Part shown: positions 51,341 to 63,899 of the stretch, in pieces | Layout: each line of letters begins with the position of its first letter | Position numbering within the stretch: position 1 is the stretch's first letter | NCBI GenBank assembly: GCA_977030845.1 | Contig: OZ365109.1 | Location: 59,768,001-59,832,000, forward strand | Length of the DNA: 64,000 nt | Direction of reading: 5' to 3' | DNA from: Fimbriosthenelais zetlandica | Taxonomy: Eukaryota | Program-made: the position numbers and the translations under genes | Notes under the pieces: model-generated | What the model was told of the DNA's origin: nothing | What the model saw: only the letters and a program-made list of their open reading frames with translations | The model's database searches: none

Positions 51341-54300
51341 TGAGAGCAGTAAAAAGCATTATCCTTCACTGCTCGCCGACATCTGCGAGGGTTACCTGAT
51401 TATATGGCGTAATATATTGGCTGTAATTAATTCTGAATACATACGATATATTATTCTGAACATTTAAATTTGGGATTCCTTTAATGTGTTTCTTAAAGGC
51501 GATTATACACACAGTAGTCTTTTGCCAGCCATTGATGTAGAATTCCATTTAAGTACCTGTCAAGAAAAGGGATTATACGGAATAGAATTGTAGAATAGTA
51601 AAAGCTGGGACTTATAGGACTTATTTGTTACTTGTACTGTTACTTGCAGTCATTAGGGATATTCAAAGATAAAACAGGCATTAAAAACAAAATGAATTGG
51701 CCCGCTGTTATTTGTGAACAAAATAGATTATGGCTAGCAGGCACATCCATTTCCTGCATGAAGGCATCTTTTTGAGGCATTGCAAAACGTTCTATTGGCT
51801 ATAAGTAAGCCACACATAGTATCCTGTTGCACAGAATTAGGGAGAACCATTATCTTCTTTCATATATGATTTATTCAGACAACACTCACACATAGTCAAA
51901 CTTCGGATTTTTGATCTCACCAAAGCAAACAGAGAAAGAAGCCTTATCTAAATGATGATCACCTTATATTCTTTCTGCTTCCATAAGTGCTGTAACCATG
52001 AACTATGCCAAGGTGTTATGTTTCTGGCTCCTCTAATCTAACAAGGGTTGCGGGTCTCCAGACCTCATCTGACCGCGCATGATGGACTTTGCCAATAATC
52101 TCTTTCCTCCAAGGCTTGAGTTCAAAGCAAGCGCGGAGGCCGGATGTTGGGTTCACCTATGAAGCACGCTTAGAAATTAAACTATCACGCTATATTCTAT
52201 TGCTGGAGGTGGCTAGGTACAAATGTAAGTTCACTCCTAATGTGGAACGTATTCTCCTAGTAATGTAAATTGTATCAAACTTAGAAGGCTTCTCTCTACA
52301 TGTTTCTTGTGTAGAAATGGCTACAAATTAATGAGTTATACATAATATGGCATTGTGTAGCTAAGGTCACTTCTCTTCTCAGATTACTTTGAATGACATT
52401 TCATACAATGGATCAGCAAAGTCAGGATTAAAAAGTGTCCTATACTGCATGGCAGATGCCACATTTTATTGTAGATTATGAATTATGACTATTGTATTCC
52501 CTTGCCAGACGTGGGTTGTAAGCAGAAATTGTCCGTGCTACTTCCCCATGCCCTCGTCCCGGACCCTGAGGATCGGGATCATAACATGCACTGCAGCAAT
52601 ATGTTGAAGACTTCGATTCCTCTAAATTATTATGAAGGCCATTCGCCAGTGAACTGGAACGAATATTAGCCATATAATGCACTTAGTATTGCTAAGATTC
52701 CTTTTAAAACAGGCCCCTGGACTCAATCTTTATGGAATTCTTTCATAATGAAACAAAAGTCTTATACATTTTATTATGCATTATGGAACTTGACTATGCA
52801 TAGAAGATTTTTTATTCAATCTGCAGTGGAGAGATCCCAGGGTAGGCAGGCTCGAGATTGTTTTCATGTTCAATCTACTCGGTGTGAACACAGTGTTAGT
52901 GTAGACACATATTATGGATGTTCCCCTATATAAGCTTACTAAAGGTTATAAAGGCAGTCACCTATCCATCAGATAGCCTGGCCTTTAGGTGGGTGGTAGG
53001 GCTACTATAGAGGATATCAGAATTCACAGACTATCGGCCTTCCCTCCCTCTACACCTGTACTTATTGAACCAGTTCCATCTGTCCTGATACTGGTAGACG
53101 TATACCATAAATATAGACACAGAATCTACGTGCTATATCAAGACACGGCCACATGCTATTAAAACATCTATTTTTTTTCTCTATCAGGACTCAGAATTTG
53201 GGAATTAACTTGGATAAAACAGTTGTTCTTGATTTTGTTTCTCTGATTGTCTCACACTTTACGGGAAACTGGCAAAAACATTAATGAAACTCGGTGACTC
53301 CTTTTAGAATAACCCACATTTGACATCTAGAGCGTATTATAGATTATTCAAAGATGGCAATGGCTGTAAGTACTTGAAGGCTCTATTTATAAGAACACAA
53401 TTCTCATGTAGTAGTTTTGCAAGCTGAAGAGGTTATTTTGTATTGGTGCAAGAAGTCCTGTTCGAGATGAGGGCATGAGATTTTCCATGAAGCACATTGC
53501 AATCGTTACGTGGATAATTCTCCCATCGTTTAATCCCACTCGAGCATTGATTGCCTCCATCGGTATTTGTCAGGCCTGGCCTACTAGCCCACACATTAAA
53601 TAATTTCCACAAAACACTTCAATCAGGCGTTCTTCTAACAGAAACAAAACAGCTCCATTCTCTGTTTTTGACACAGACCACTTGAACTGCCTTTCATCGA
53701 ACAAGAAGTAATTCAGAGGGAGTTTTGTTCACAGAGACGTTCTTGTCCAAGCAATAAAGCACAAAGCATTGAGCTCTGTGACTTGTTTGGAAAGGCATTG
53801 TATTTGTTAAAGATCTTGCAAACTGCCAAAAATCGATTGGATTTCAAAAGGATGACTTGCATTCTCATCTTTGCTCTCTAGTTGGAAAGAAGCATCCTTA
53901 TCTCGCTGTATACCCTTGTCTCCATCCAGAGTGTTCTGTAGGTTTCTTGCTATCTAATGGGGGCTTTAATGAAGAAGGCATCTTTCCCTCACCGTTGCAT
54001 GTTAAAGGTCATTTTAATATGACAAAGCATTCCATCCACCAGATTTACCATGAAATAAGCATCCTTTTATTAGCTTCCTCTTAATTTAGCCTACACATAC
54101 TTATTGTGTAATCGAGAAAACATGGCCTAGTGTATACAAGGTGTAGCCGTTCACACACACCATGCACACACCCCACACCTTTAGCCACAGTTCTGAGACC
54201 GCCACTGATGGTTGGCACGTCCCAAGCTCTCGCTGTTCAGTGAGAAACATTCTAGGCCCCGGACATAACGTTTCCCATTGAAAGTACATGTCCGCCGGCT

Positions 54301-57300
54301 AGGCCTTTGAAGTCGTGCCACTGTCGGCGCTGATGTATTTATCATGCGGACGGAAACCCCGTGCCGCATTTGAATTTCTGCTCCACTTCCGGACACATGC
54401 TAAATCTGTGGCCCTAATTTCAAACCGAGAGGAAGATCAGTTGGTTTTAAGCTAGGATGGAGCTGGTCCAAAGGGGTGCAAGCTAGAATCACTTATTGCC
54501 AAAAACACATAACACCAAATCTGTGTCATTTGAGTCTGGATGATTAAAAATAGTTACTTATTAGCGCTTGGAATTGACTGAGGAATCAGGGCCGCAATTT
54601 ATTTTACATACATGTACGTACTTTCTCATGGTCTTTCTTCGATAATTTTTTGCCCCTGGGTACAAATGAAAAAAGACCCTTCCCTTGGCCTGAGGAAGAA
54701 GCAATTCCATTCGATATTTCAAAAACCCTCCAGCCAGTTGTCAAGGAAACCACAGATGGTGAATCTAATTAATATTGATTACTTTCCACTTTGCATCTAG
54801 CAAAGTGTTACTGTTATGCAACAAATTATCTTGTTGGACTGTGATGGGGGGCTAAGTCACTAACACGTTTAGCATTAAGCTCCCAGCAATGTACACAGAT
54901 TGGAGTCTGTTAACTCTTTCCGAAGGCAACATTCCAGCACTGGTTTCTCTCTAAAGCTTTAACCCGATCTATAGATGCCCCAGGGTAGACACCCAGCATT
55001 AGGCCTGTCACCAGACGGGGGAATATCCCGATCAGGACCGCTCCTATTTGCCTTTCACAAACTGACATTGTCAATGCTAGCTACCATTAAGCTGTTAGCA
55101 CAACTATGTAGCAGTCACATCACATGCTAATTCCCTCTGTCAGGCCATTCATGAATCAGGGCTAAAGCCCAGCTTACACATTGGCCAGTCTTTCTGAAAA
55201 GAACAACGGAAACGATCCTATTACCATTGTGGCCATCATCATAAGATTGCCAGGTAAAAAAAACATCTGAAGCCAGCCTTGAAGCCAGAGAACAAACTCC
55301 CAATGCATTGCCTCAGGCTGAAACTATCTGATAAGGGAAAGGAGCCGTCTGGAACAACTCCTAAGTGCACTATTTGTACAACTACTGTATCACAATCAAA
55401 GCCATTCGCTGCTAGATGTTATTTGTTCCCTTTTGCACAGTAAATAGCCCTGCTCCCTGCCTCATGCCTTTCAGCATTATAGGTTTTGGTCAGATATAAA
55501 TGCAATGCATAGGACCAGGTCCACGATAACAAGCAAGGCGCCATGCAAATGAGAATCTTGAAAGGCACCCGCATGCACGGTACTGCACCAATCGGCTTTC
55601 TTTTCTCTGAAACACTATTTATCACTCTGTTACATTGTTTGGTCGAAATGGTTTTGATCAAGTCACTAACGCAGCACGTGTGTGATTTATTTACCTCCTT
55701 CTCTTCCTCTGCATGGTTTTCATTTTGAAGCGCCTACCACGACGCCTGATCAATATAACGGCCTCAGATCCTCATTGGTATTTCCATAGCTCCATGCCAT
55801 TGTCTCAACTTGCACTCACTCTTCATTGATTGCTCCAAAACTAGTTTTCATTACATTCCCAATACAAATATGTGATCTTGAATTCAATAGATGATCCATG
55901 TTTTATATAGCCTAGTATTTTAAGTTGGACTGTTGTAAGGATCAATTTACACCTATTAAATTAACATTGATTTAAGCGCTCAGATACTTTTTTGATTTTG
56001 TTGGTAAACAAATTATTCGCCAACTATTGCTCTTTGCCACAAAATTATTGTTGATATATTGAATTACCTCAGAAGCATATATACAATAATTTATATCCCT
56101 GCTTTAAAGAACACTTTCCCATTACTACTCACACAAATTTGTTAAACTGCAAGCACAATTACTCCGTATTATATGAGTGAGTTGCAGTTAAATTGCATTC
56201 CTTTGGGGAAGAACTGTACTGGACATTCCTTTATATGTAATGTTTTCATTCTTGCCATAAATAGGCTTATTTTAGTTATGGTTAAAAAGATACTTCCACT
56301 GAGGGATCCGTTACCTGTTTCAAATAGCCATTTCCCTCTGCTACTCACAAGAGTTAAACTGAAATGTACATGTATTACACGTCCATTCATATTATACATT
56401 ATGCACAATTCTAACAATAACATTTTCAGTTCACAGTTACATGGATGCACATGGATGTTATTAAACATAATTAGTGGATGCGAATAAGCAATAAGAAATG
56501 TTAAAATGTTCCGGGAGAGTTAAGTGGTGAGTCGATATAAGGTATTTGTCAATGATAAAGATAAGCAAACACCTAATCACGGACTGACGTTTAAATCCTT
56601 TGTCCCTGGTAGTAGGACAAATGGGTTTCTAAAACAATGGACTCACAATAATGAGAGAATCTGTCACAAATGTCCTTTTATTGAATCTGGCATCTCAGGA
56701 CTGCATGGTGAAAGCTTCATTTTTCTTTCGTTCACAACTGTCGAAATATTCACAGTCGTCTATATAATATATGTACCCAAAGGAAAATATTTTAGGGTTT
56801 GACTTAGGGTTTCTTGTGACAAGGGTGGTTTGTCAAATGAAGATTACATTATTTTCGGGTCCAAATTGTTTTATCTTTCTTGCAGTGAGCACTTAGCTCG
56901 ATCCTTCCATAAAAGACAGTGACTGAATTATAATAATGTATCATAGTACTGTTTTGTTTTACCAAAGAAAGCAAAACATGAAAATCTAACCAATGACAAT
57001 TCTGTCGGAGAAATATATGCCCCTTATCTTCTTGTAGAAAAATAAACTATATCTATAAAATCATTACGTTGGGTATGGTGTAAAATAAATGGATTATGTA
57101 TTCAGATTTTACTGAATGAAGTATGCATTTGTCTGGAGCACAATAGCCTGGCTAGACCTGATTATGATGGGACCAGGGTGGAAGACAAGAGTCCTTGTGT
57201 CCAGAATGATGAATGTGTCTCCCATGGCAGGTCTATCTTGGGAAATCTGAGGTATTCTTCCATTACCTCTATCACAACAGAAGATGAGTCCATTACCCTC

Positions 57301-58444
57301 ACCCATATTGCTAAAGCATAGCCCATTTATATATGCGACCGGGAGTTACCTTTAACTGTGCATGCGCCTCTATATAGGAAACGTGACCTACTACCACTGG
57401 AGACCATTTGACCAGATTACTGGGGGAAAGTAGGGCAACAACCAATCTCTTTAAATGATATCAGCAAAATCAGTTTTCATTTAAGTCAGAATTCCCTGGT
57501 TGTCCGAGAGAAAAGGGACCAAATCAATTGAAGTCTTTTCCCAAATAGTAACAGAGTAAAGTGGTATTTAGTGCCATTGATTCTCTGCTATCTTCTAGTG
57601 GCTGCAAAACAGTCCCATGGTGGCTTCTCTCTCCCATTGAGGCCACAACTCTTGGTTGATGTTTACATGTAATCCTTTTATTCAATCGGGTGTGGTCCGC
57701 TCTTCTTCTGTCGAGCTGCCCCGATGGATCGCTCCGTAAATTGCTGTTTATTATTCCAGATTGTTAGAAATAGGCCATTGACCAATCCCCCTTCCTCACC
57801 CACCAAGGGTTAACATCAAGGCGAAGTAATTCTGCCTCAGGGATTTAAGTTCAGTATCAGGGACAGTCAGTGGGTTCAAAACAATTACCCCCTCAAAACG
57901 ACAAGACTGTTTCTCCTAGTTACTTGCTATTATACAGATGGGACAAATGTCTATCCATCATTTCGATATCTTTACAGATTTTCTCCAGATCCTGACAAAA
58001 TAAAACATTCCTTTGAACTATAAAGGCTAACAGTGGATGTACGGTCCCAGGGTTTTTATACTATTGACTGGTGAACCTATAGCCATCAATACATGTCCGG
58101 AACCTGCATTTGCCTACAACCACAAAACGTCTGAAAGCAGAAGGAAAGCAGAGACTCCCCTCTGAGAAAAACCAGGACTGACCAGGAAGTTCCCAAAGGA
58201 CAAATGCCAATGTCTAAATTCAGACATGGGGTGAATTTAAAAGCTCTCTGGACATAAATCAGACGAGAATCCTAGAGCAAGACGGAGCAGGAAGGTGGAG
58301 GCCAGAGCTAAGCGTGTACGCATGTATTTAGTAGCTCAGCCTGTCTGTATGGCCATGTAGAGTTTGGCATTGTGAAGGTCAAATGAACACTAAACATGGC
58401 GAATAGGAAAATGAGCAATATTTCCTTGAGCCTATGCTCTTTAA

Positions 58445-60043
58445 CTATGGGGCGCCAAGTGTTACCTTTTATATTTCGTACTTCAATTATTTATTTCGAT
58501 ACGAAATATTTTTTATTTTGTACCACAATTAAAATTCCGTGGACGGAATTTTAATTAATTTTAATTCCGTGGACGGAATTTTAATTAATTTTAATTTCGT
58601 GGAAGGAATTAATATTCCGTGGACGGAATTAAAATTAATTAAAATTAATTAAAATTAATTAAAATTAATTAAAATTCCGTCCACGGAATATTAATTCCTT
58701 CCACGGAATTAAAATTAATTAAAATTCCGTCCACGGAATTAAAATTAATTAAAATTCCGTCCACAGAATGTTAATTCTGTAGACGGAATTAAAATTTCGT
58801 TGACGGAATTAATTAATTCCGTCCACAGAATTTTAATTCCGTCCACAGAATTTTAATTCTGTAGACAGAATTAAAATTTCGTTGACGGAATTAATTTATT
58901 CCGTCCACAGAATTAAAATTTCGTTGACGGAATTAATTAATTCCGTCCACAGAATTTTAATTCTGTACACAAAATTAAAATTTCGTTGACGGAATTAATT
59001 AATTCCGTCTATTTCCTTCAACCACCATAAGGTGGCAGCACTCTCTCTTCAAAAACCTGTTAGGCCTAGGGCCTACTTGATTCAGGGGACAGTGATTCAC
59101 TCCTAGCCTAGCGACCAATGTGAATAATTACCACTGCGCATGCGCGATCATGACCCAGTTATGATGTCACGGGGTCACCGTTACCAAAGCGCCACTCCCA
59201 AGCACTGACGTCAGGTTCCCGCCATGTGTCCGCTATGACGTGCTGATCGCCGACAGGGCTACTGGCGCTTTTATTTCTTATTTTTAAGCTATTTATTATA
59301 GTCATCAGATCTACCAATGGGACTTAGCATATGCTCTAAATGGACCAACTTTTATTATGTGATACTGATCATTGGTGAGAGTGCTTTTCTTGGGCGGGGC
59401 AAAGGTGGTGACGTCGGGGAACTCATGGCAATACTGGGGGAGCTATGACAACACAACGTTATTCGTTGTCTTGATGTTGCAGGACTCATGGCGACAGCAG
59501 ATCAACACTGACAACAACTTCGTTTCTCTAGGTTTTACAATCCCTGAACGTGCTGCCACCTTATGTTGGTTGAAGGAAATAGACGGAATTAATTAATTCT
59601 GTCAACGACATTTTAATTCTGTGGACGGAATTAATTAATTCCGTCAACGAAATTTTAATTCTGTCTACAGAATTAAAATTCTGTGGACGGAATTAATTAA
59701 TTCCGTCAACGAAATTTTAATTCTGTCTACACAATTAAAATTCTGTGGACGGAATTTTAATTCCGTGGAAGGAATTAATATTCTGTGGACGGAATTTTAA
59801 TTAATTAATATTCCGTGGACGGAATTTTAATTAATTTTAATTCCGTGGAAGGAATTAATATTCCGTGGACGGAATTTTAATCAATTTTAATTCCGTCCAC
59901 GGAATATTAATTCCTTCCACGGAAATTAAAATTAATTAAAATTCCGTCCACGGAATTTTAATTCCAGACGAAATAAAATAAATTGAAACAAAATTAAATA
60001 ATTGTGGTACAAAATATAAAAGGTAACACTTGGCGCCCCATAT
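58445..60043. mobile_element. Foldback-type non-autonomous DNA transposon (long repeat-built inverted arms plus spacer)
   Basis: Perfect 31-bp outer inverted repeat tatggggcgccaagtgttaccttttatattt (58446-58476; reverse complement at 60012-60042). Arms are built of aattccgt[gg/cc]acggaatt-type units. Inner inverted ends ...ttccttcaaccaccataaggtggcagcac (to 59041) and gtgctgccaccttatgttggttgaagg (from 59550). TTAA lies on both sides (58441-58444, 60044-60047). Confidence 0.9.
59042..59549. promoter_or_regulatory. Promoter-like spacer inside the foldback element
   Basis: CCAAT 59115; TGCGCATGCGC (NRF1-type) 59135-59145; TGACGTCA (CRE) 59206-59213; TTCCCGCC (E2F-type) 59216-59223 overlapping CCGCCAT (YY1-type); TGACGTG 59236; ATTGG 59371; GGGCGGGGC (GC box) 59392-59400; TGACGTC 59409; CATGGCG 59487. 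Confidence 0.5.
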
Positions 60044-60329
60044 TTAACATGCAGTTTAATCTTACCTTGAAGCAGAAGCAGACGGTCTACTAGGTATACA
60101 CAGTCTATTTTCATTAGACTAATTAAAAGTAGAACCCATTCATCGTGCCTGAGGAACCAATATCTTACTTGCTCTATTAACTCTTGCTAAATTGTCTTTT
60201 TGTAAAAGTTGAATATTTATGATGTCCATCTGTTCAAGGTAAATATACAAAGTGGCAGGGTTAGCCTGTTATATGCTATGTTATGTGACATACAAGTTTA
60301 CATGTATGTCCAGGGGCCATAAATTAAAG

Positions 60330-60900
60330 AGGAGTTTTTTTACAGCATGAATGCCTTCCTTGGTTACTGCGGTAGTCAGAGTTATTCAAGCCCCAGTAAA
60401 ACCGCCATAACTCTCTCAATGTTTACCAAGAATGCCCAGCCATAGCTCAGCTGTACGCCATATACGTCACATTTTACCATCGTTCCCTCGACATCTGTGG
60501 CCATCTAATGCCCCCCATTGTGAACACCAGTCGTTTTGCTTGTCGTGATCTTAGCAAATAGACTCCTTCACGAGAAAGTAGACCATTGGCCTGGCCTCAG
60601 CAGACCTCAGATTTGAAACGCCTTCCCGGAGCCCATCCAGGATATGCTCAACCCCTTGTAATCATTGGACCCTCTGCATAAGCTTTTGACGGTTGTCAAT
60701 TTTGCATGTCAAGAGCAATTTGAAATTGTTCGACTCTTGGACGATAACACTACCTTGTATGAATTATCCAGCTGCATCTACTCAGAATCTTTCCCATCCT
60801 GTCGTCGTCTTATCCCAACAAAAGAATTGAATGTCATTGGAGAAGCTGTCTTTGTCCATGCCATAGTCTCCGCTCTCCATCCGATACCATCATTCTAACC
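60330..60900 (-). mobile_element. Decayed Gypsy/Ty3 reverse transcriptase relic
   Basis: Minus-strand motifs appear in correct RT order across frameshifts: DGK..RF*VD (DGxxRFCVD), KID...(K)xYxQVPM-like, TFS, KCDVYGVQLSY-LGH, F-LGL...YR (FLGLxGYYR). A possible gag-like stretch extends upstream to about 61650. Confidence 0.55.
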
Positions 60901-61749
60901 AAATCAATCACTTTCCTTTATGTTCAACCGTGGAAAATATGATAAGGGGGTACAATATCTATGTTTGTGCAGCTATCAATTATTTCATATGATAGATGAT
61001 TTTTCTACTGCCTTTAACAAGTTCGACAGCTAGTTTGTATTCATATGCACTTTGGGACCAATGCTTGTCATCCCCGGGCTGATGAATTCAAATAAATTTG
61101 ATCCTTTCTGAGATTGCTTTGTGCCCCTGATGAAGTATATTTTACCTTGCTATGGAAACCGTAGTTCTAAACGCAATGAAATTCATTCACATTTTTTAAG
61201 GTCCATCTTTGTTGTACATGAGTATACGCCTGGATCATATGAAAGGCCAATTATACTCATACAAAAGGCAGTCCCATCTATAATATTCATATCCTTTAGG
61301 TGGGCCCATCTTGTACCACGTCATCTGAGCGCTGCTTTCATCGGAAAGTAAAAAAGACTAATCTATATCCTACTTCATAGGGATAATATCTGAAGACGTC
61401 ACACCTACAGGGCTGGGAAGAAAAGGTATAGGCCTCCCCCACCCTGTCCTGAGGGACCTTCTCACAGGTGTAAAAATCCCTGTAGCATGTCGATCCATCA
61501 CACTGCTCGCTCCTCCAGGGTTTCAAGCCTGGCTTCCTTTCCTTCTCCAGGCTGGGACAACCAGCAATATGAGTGGTGCTTGCTGGGAGGTGGTGGTCGC
61601 TGATCAGACACCAGATCCAGTCATCCGCTGCTCCTACCACCACCCTACTCACCAGTCCAAATCAGCCTCGAGTAGATTTTCATGTCAGCAATCAACCGAT
61701 ATTCATCCAGGACTGACGGATGGTGACTTGTGGACAAGGGGGGTGTTGG

Positions 61750-61935
61750 TTATGAAAACCCATCCGCCCCCCTTAACTATAATAACCCACCCTTCAATCT
61801 TCCCCACCCTTCCTTCCATCCACTCCCACAACATGCACCCACTGCCCCCACCCACTAATATTACCAGCACTACCAACCCCACCCATATTAACACCCAACC
61901 CATCCTACCACCTCTTCCCATGCACCCTCCCACCT
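61750..61935. repeat. C/A-rich low-complexity tract (G-rich on the minus strand)
   Basis: Repeated ccca/cccacc/accacc words (ccccacccttccttccatccactcccaca...). Confidence 0.6.
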
Positions 61936-63694
61936 AAAGAGATCAGTATCTGATAGGCCCAAGAGGATGGATTAATGTCACTCATGAAGGGCCTCCTCCC
62001 ACCCACCTTCCCCATCACTTGAGAAGCCAACAAAAAGAGAGAGGGAGGGGATGAGGAAGGTGCTCTTCTGAACACGGCTTCCTCATTGTTACCTTCCTTC
62101 CAACTCTCATCCCACTTATAACTAACTCTAACATCTCTATGATTTATTCATAGTTTCCTATCGATATGTGCCAGTGAAACTTATAGAGGAACAGGGTGAG
62201 GGTGTGACTAACTAATCGAGGATTGCACATGTGTATCGACCTACGCGTTTAGAAAAAAATAGATCCTCTTGGCTTAAAAGGACCCTGGGGATAGCTCTAT
62301 AGATGCCATCCAATATTGTGTCCACAAATTCTGTGTGCTCTGAAAAGTCCTCTCTTCAGCGAAATTTTATTTTTACCAGAACTACTTTTAAAAGCTGGGT
62401 GGTATCAATTTGAAGGGAACTGGTATTTCTTATGGGAAACCTGAACCAGTGATCTCAGATCATTGTGCCTTGCCTCTGCATGCACAGTGCGCGACTAGTA
62501 TCGTTAATGTAAACCTAGCAGGGGAAGCTGCATGCTTTTAACTCAACTTTCCAGCTTTAAACCGTTTGAAATTCTAGCTCCTAATTCGATGAGGGAAATA
62601 AGTGTGTGCTACCTGCATCCCCCATGCCACGTGTACATTTTGGTTACATATTGATTCAAAGGCACAAGTAATATACATAGAAACATTAAAGGACCCTGGC
62701 TGGGGATTAAACGAGACATTGAAGGAATGTGTCAACCATATCACACACTCTGTGATATAAACCTTGAGAAATTAGGACAAATTCAATCGTTTCTTCTAAG
62801 ATGATGGAAATATATAACTCATAAATTCAGGTTATAACCTTGTTGTGTAGTAATTTATCTAACAAAAGACGAACGATACATTTAGCCCTATCTCCTTTAG
62901 ATGTGCTGGGGCTGAACATTATCTCTGAATGAAACATCTCCGAGTCCTATATATACATCTGCCCCATCTCAGGCGCTTTGACATATTTCTCTCGTCCAAA
63001 AAAAAAGAAAAGAAATAAAATGAAAATTCTCTGGGTGAGACTTTTATACATAGGGGAATAAGAAAACATTACAAGATGGATCTGTAAAAATATGTAAGGC
63101 AAGCAACTATCAGTTTTGATTGACGAGGTAGCATGTGAAGACACATTTGTAAATGACATTGTCATGGGAAGTTAGCGGTGGAGGGATGGCTGACTGGGTT
63201 CTAGTTACCACCACACAGCCCCATGTCTGCTCACTAAAACATTTTGTCAACACACACATCGGGGAAGTACATATTTATTTCCTTCACCCATAGGAAAACG
63301 ACTGACCTCCAAAACATAAATGTACATGTATGTTAAGCATCATGATTGCACCTGCACCTGGACTTGTCATCTTCCTCCAATGTATAATGCATTCTAACTT
63401 AGCAGAAGCCTCTCTGGAGCTTGAAATCCTTTTAGTGAAGGGAGGTGCAGGTGATAGTCCTACGATTCACTATACTTAATCAGATTACCATTGATGTTTC
63501 ACAACCACATTTTATGAAGGCTTTTTTTACTGCAGTTCTTACATATAAAAATATATCATCATTTTTTATTTCCTCAGACCCATTTCCTTCCATTTTTTTC
63601 AATGGATGTTTTACAATGTTTGTTTTTGCTAAATGTAATGTAGGCCTACAGATCCAACATAGTCTTATTGTTCTTTGTGTGTTTATCTTTACAG

Positions 63695-63899
63695 GTATCC
63701 TGGGTGGATCACCATTATATACCTCTTAGTTATGAGGATAGGCGAGTTGTGGATGACCACAGGTTCAGCATTGTACGGCCGTTTATAAAGGAATGGAATC
63801 TACAGATCCGTGACGTTACGTGGGAGGATCAGGGGCAGTACCGGTGCACCGTGAATACAGTACCGGTGAAGTCAAAAATCGTCATGCTGCATGTTAAAG
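63695..63899 (+). CDS. Ig-superfamily (lachesin/DIP/IgLON-like) gene, second half of the Ig domain (205 nt, phase 0-1); gene continues beyond the window
   Basis: Acceptor gtttatctttacag|, donor aaag|gtaagt. Encodes VSWVDHHYIPLSYEDRRVVDDHRFSIVRPFIKEWNLQIRDVTWEDQGQYRCTVNTVPVKSKIVMLHVK, with the Ig core Trp, WNLQI and DxGxYxC motifs. Not in the ORF track because it has no ATG. Confidence 0.95.

Noticed and set aside
63688-63700. Recursive splice site at cag|gtatcc
   Set aside because: The GT is simply the Val codon opening the exon, and the regenerated donor (GTATCC) is weak.
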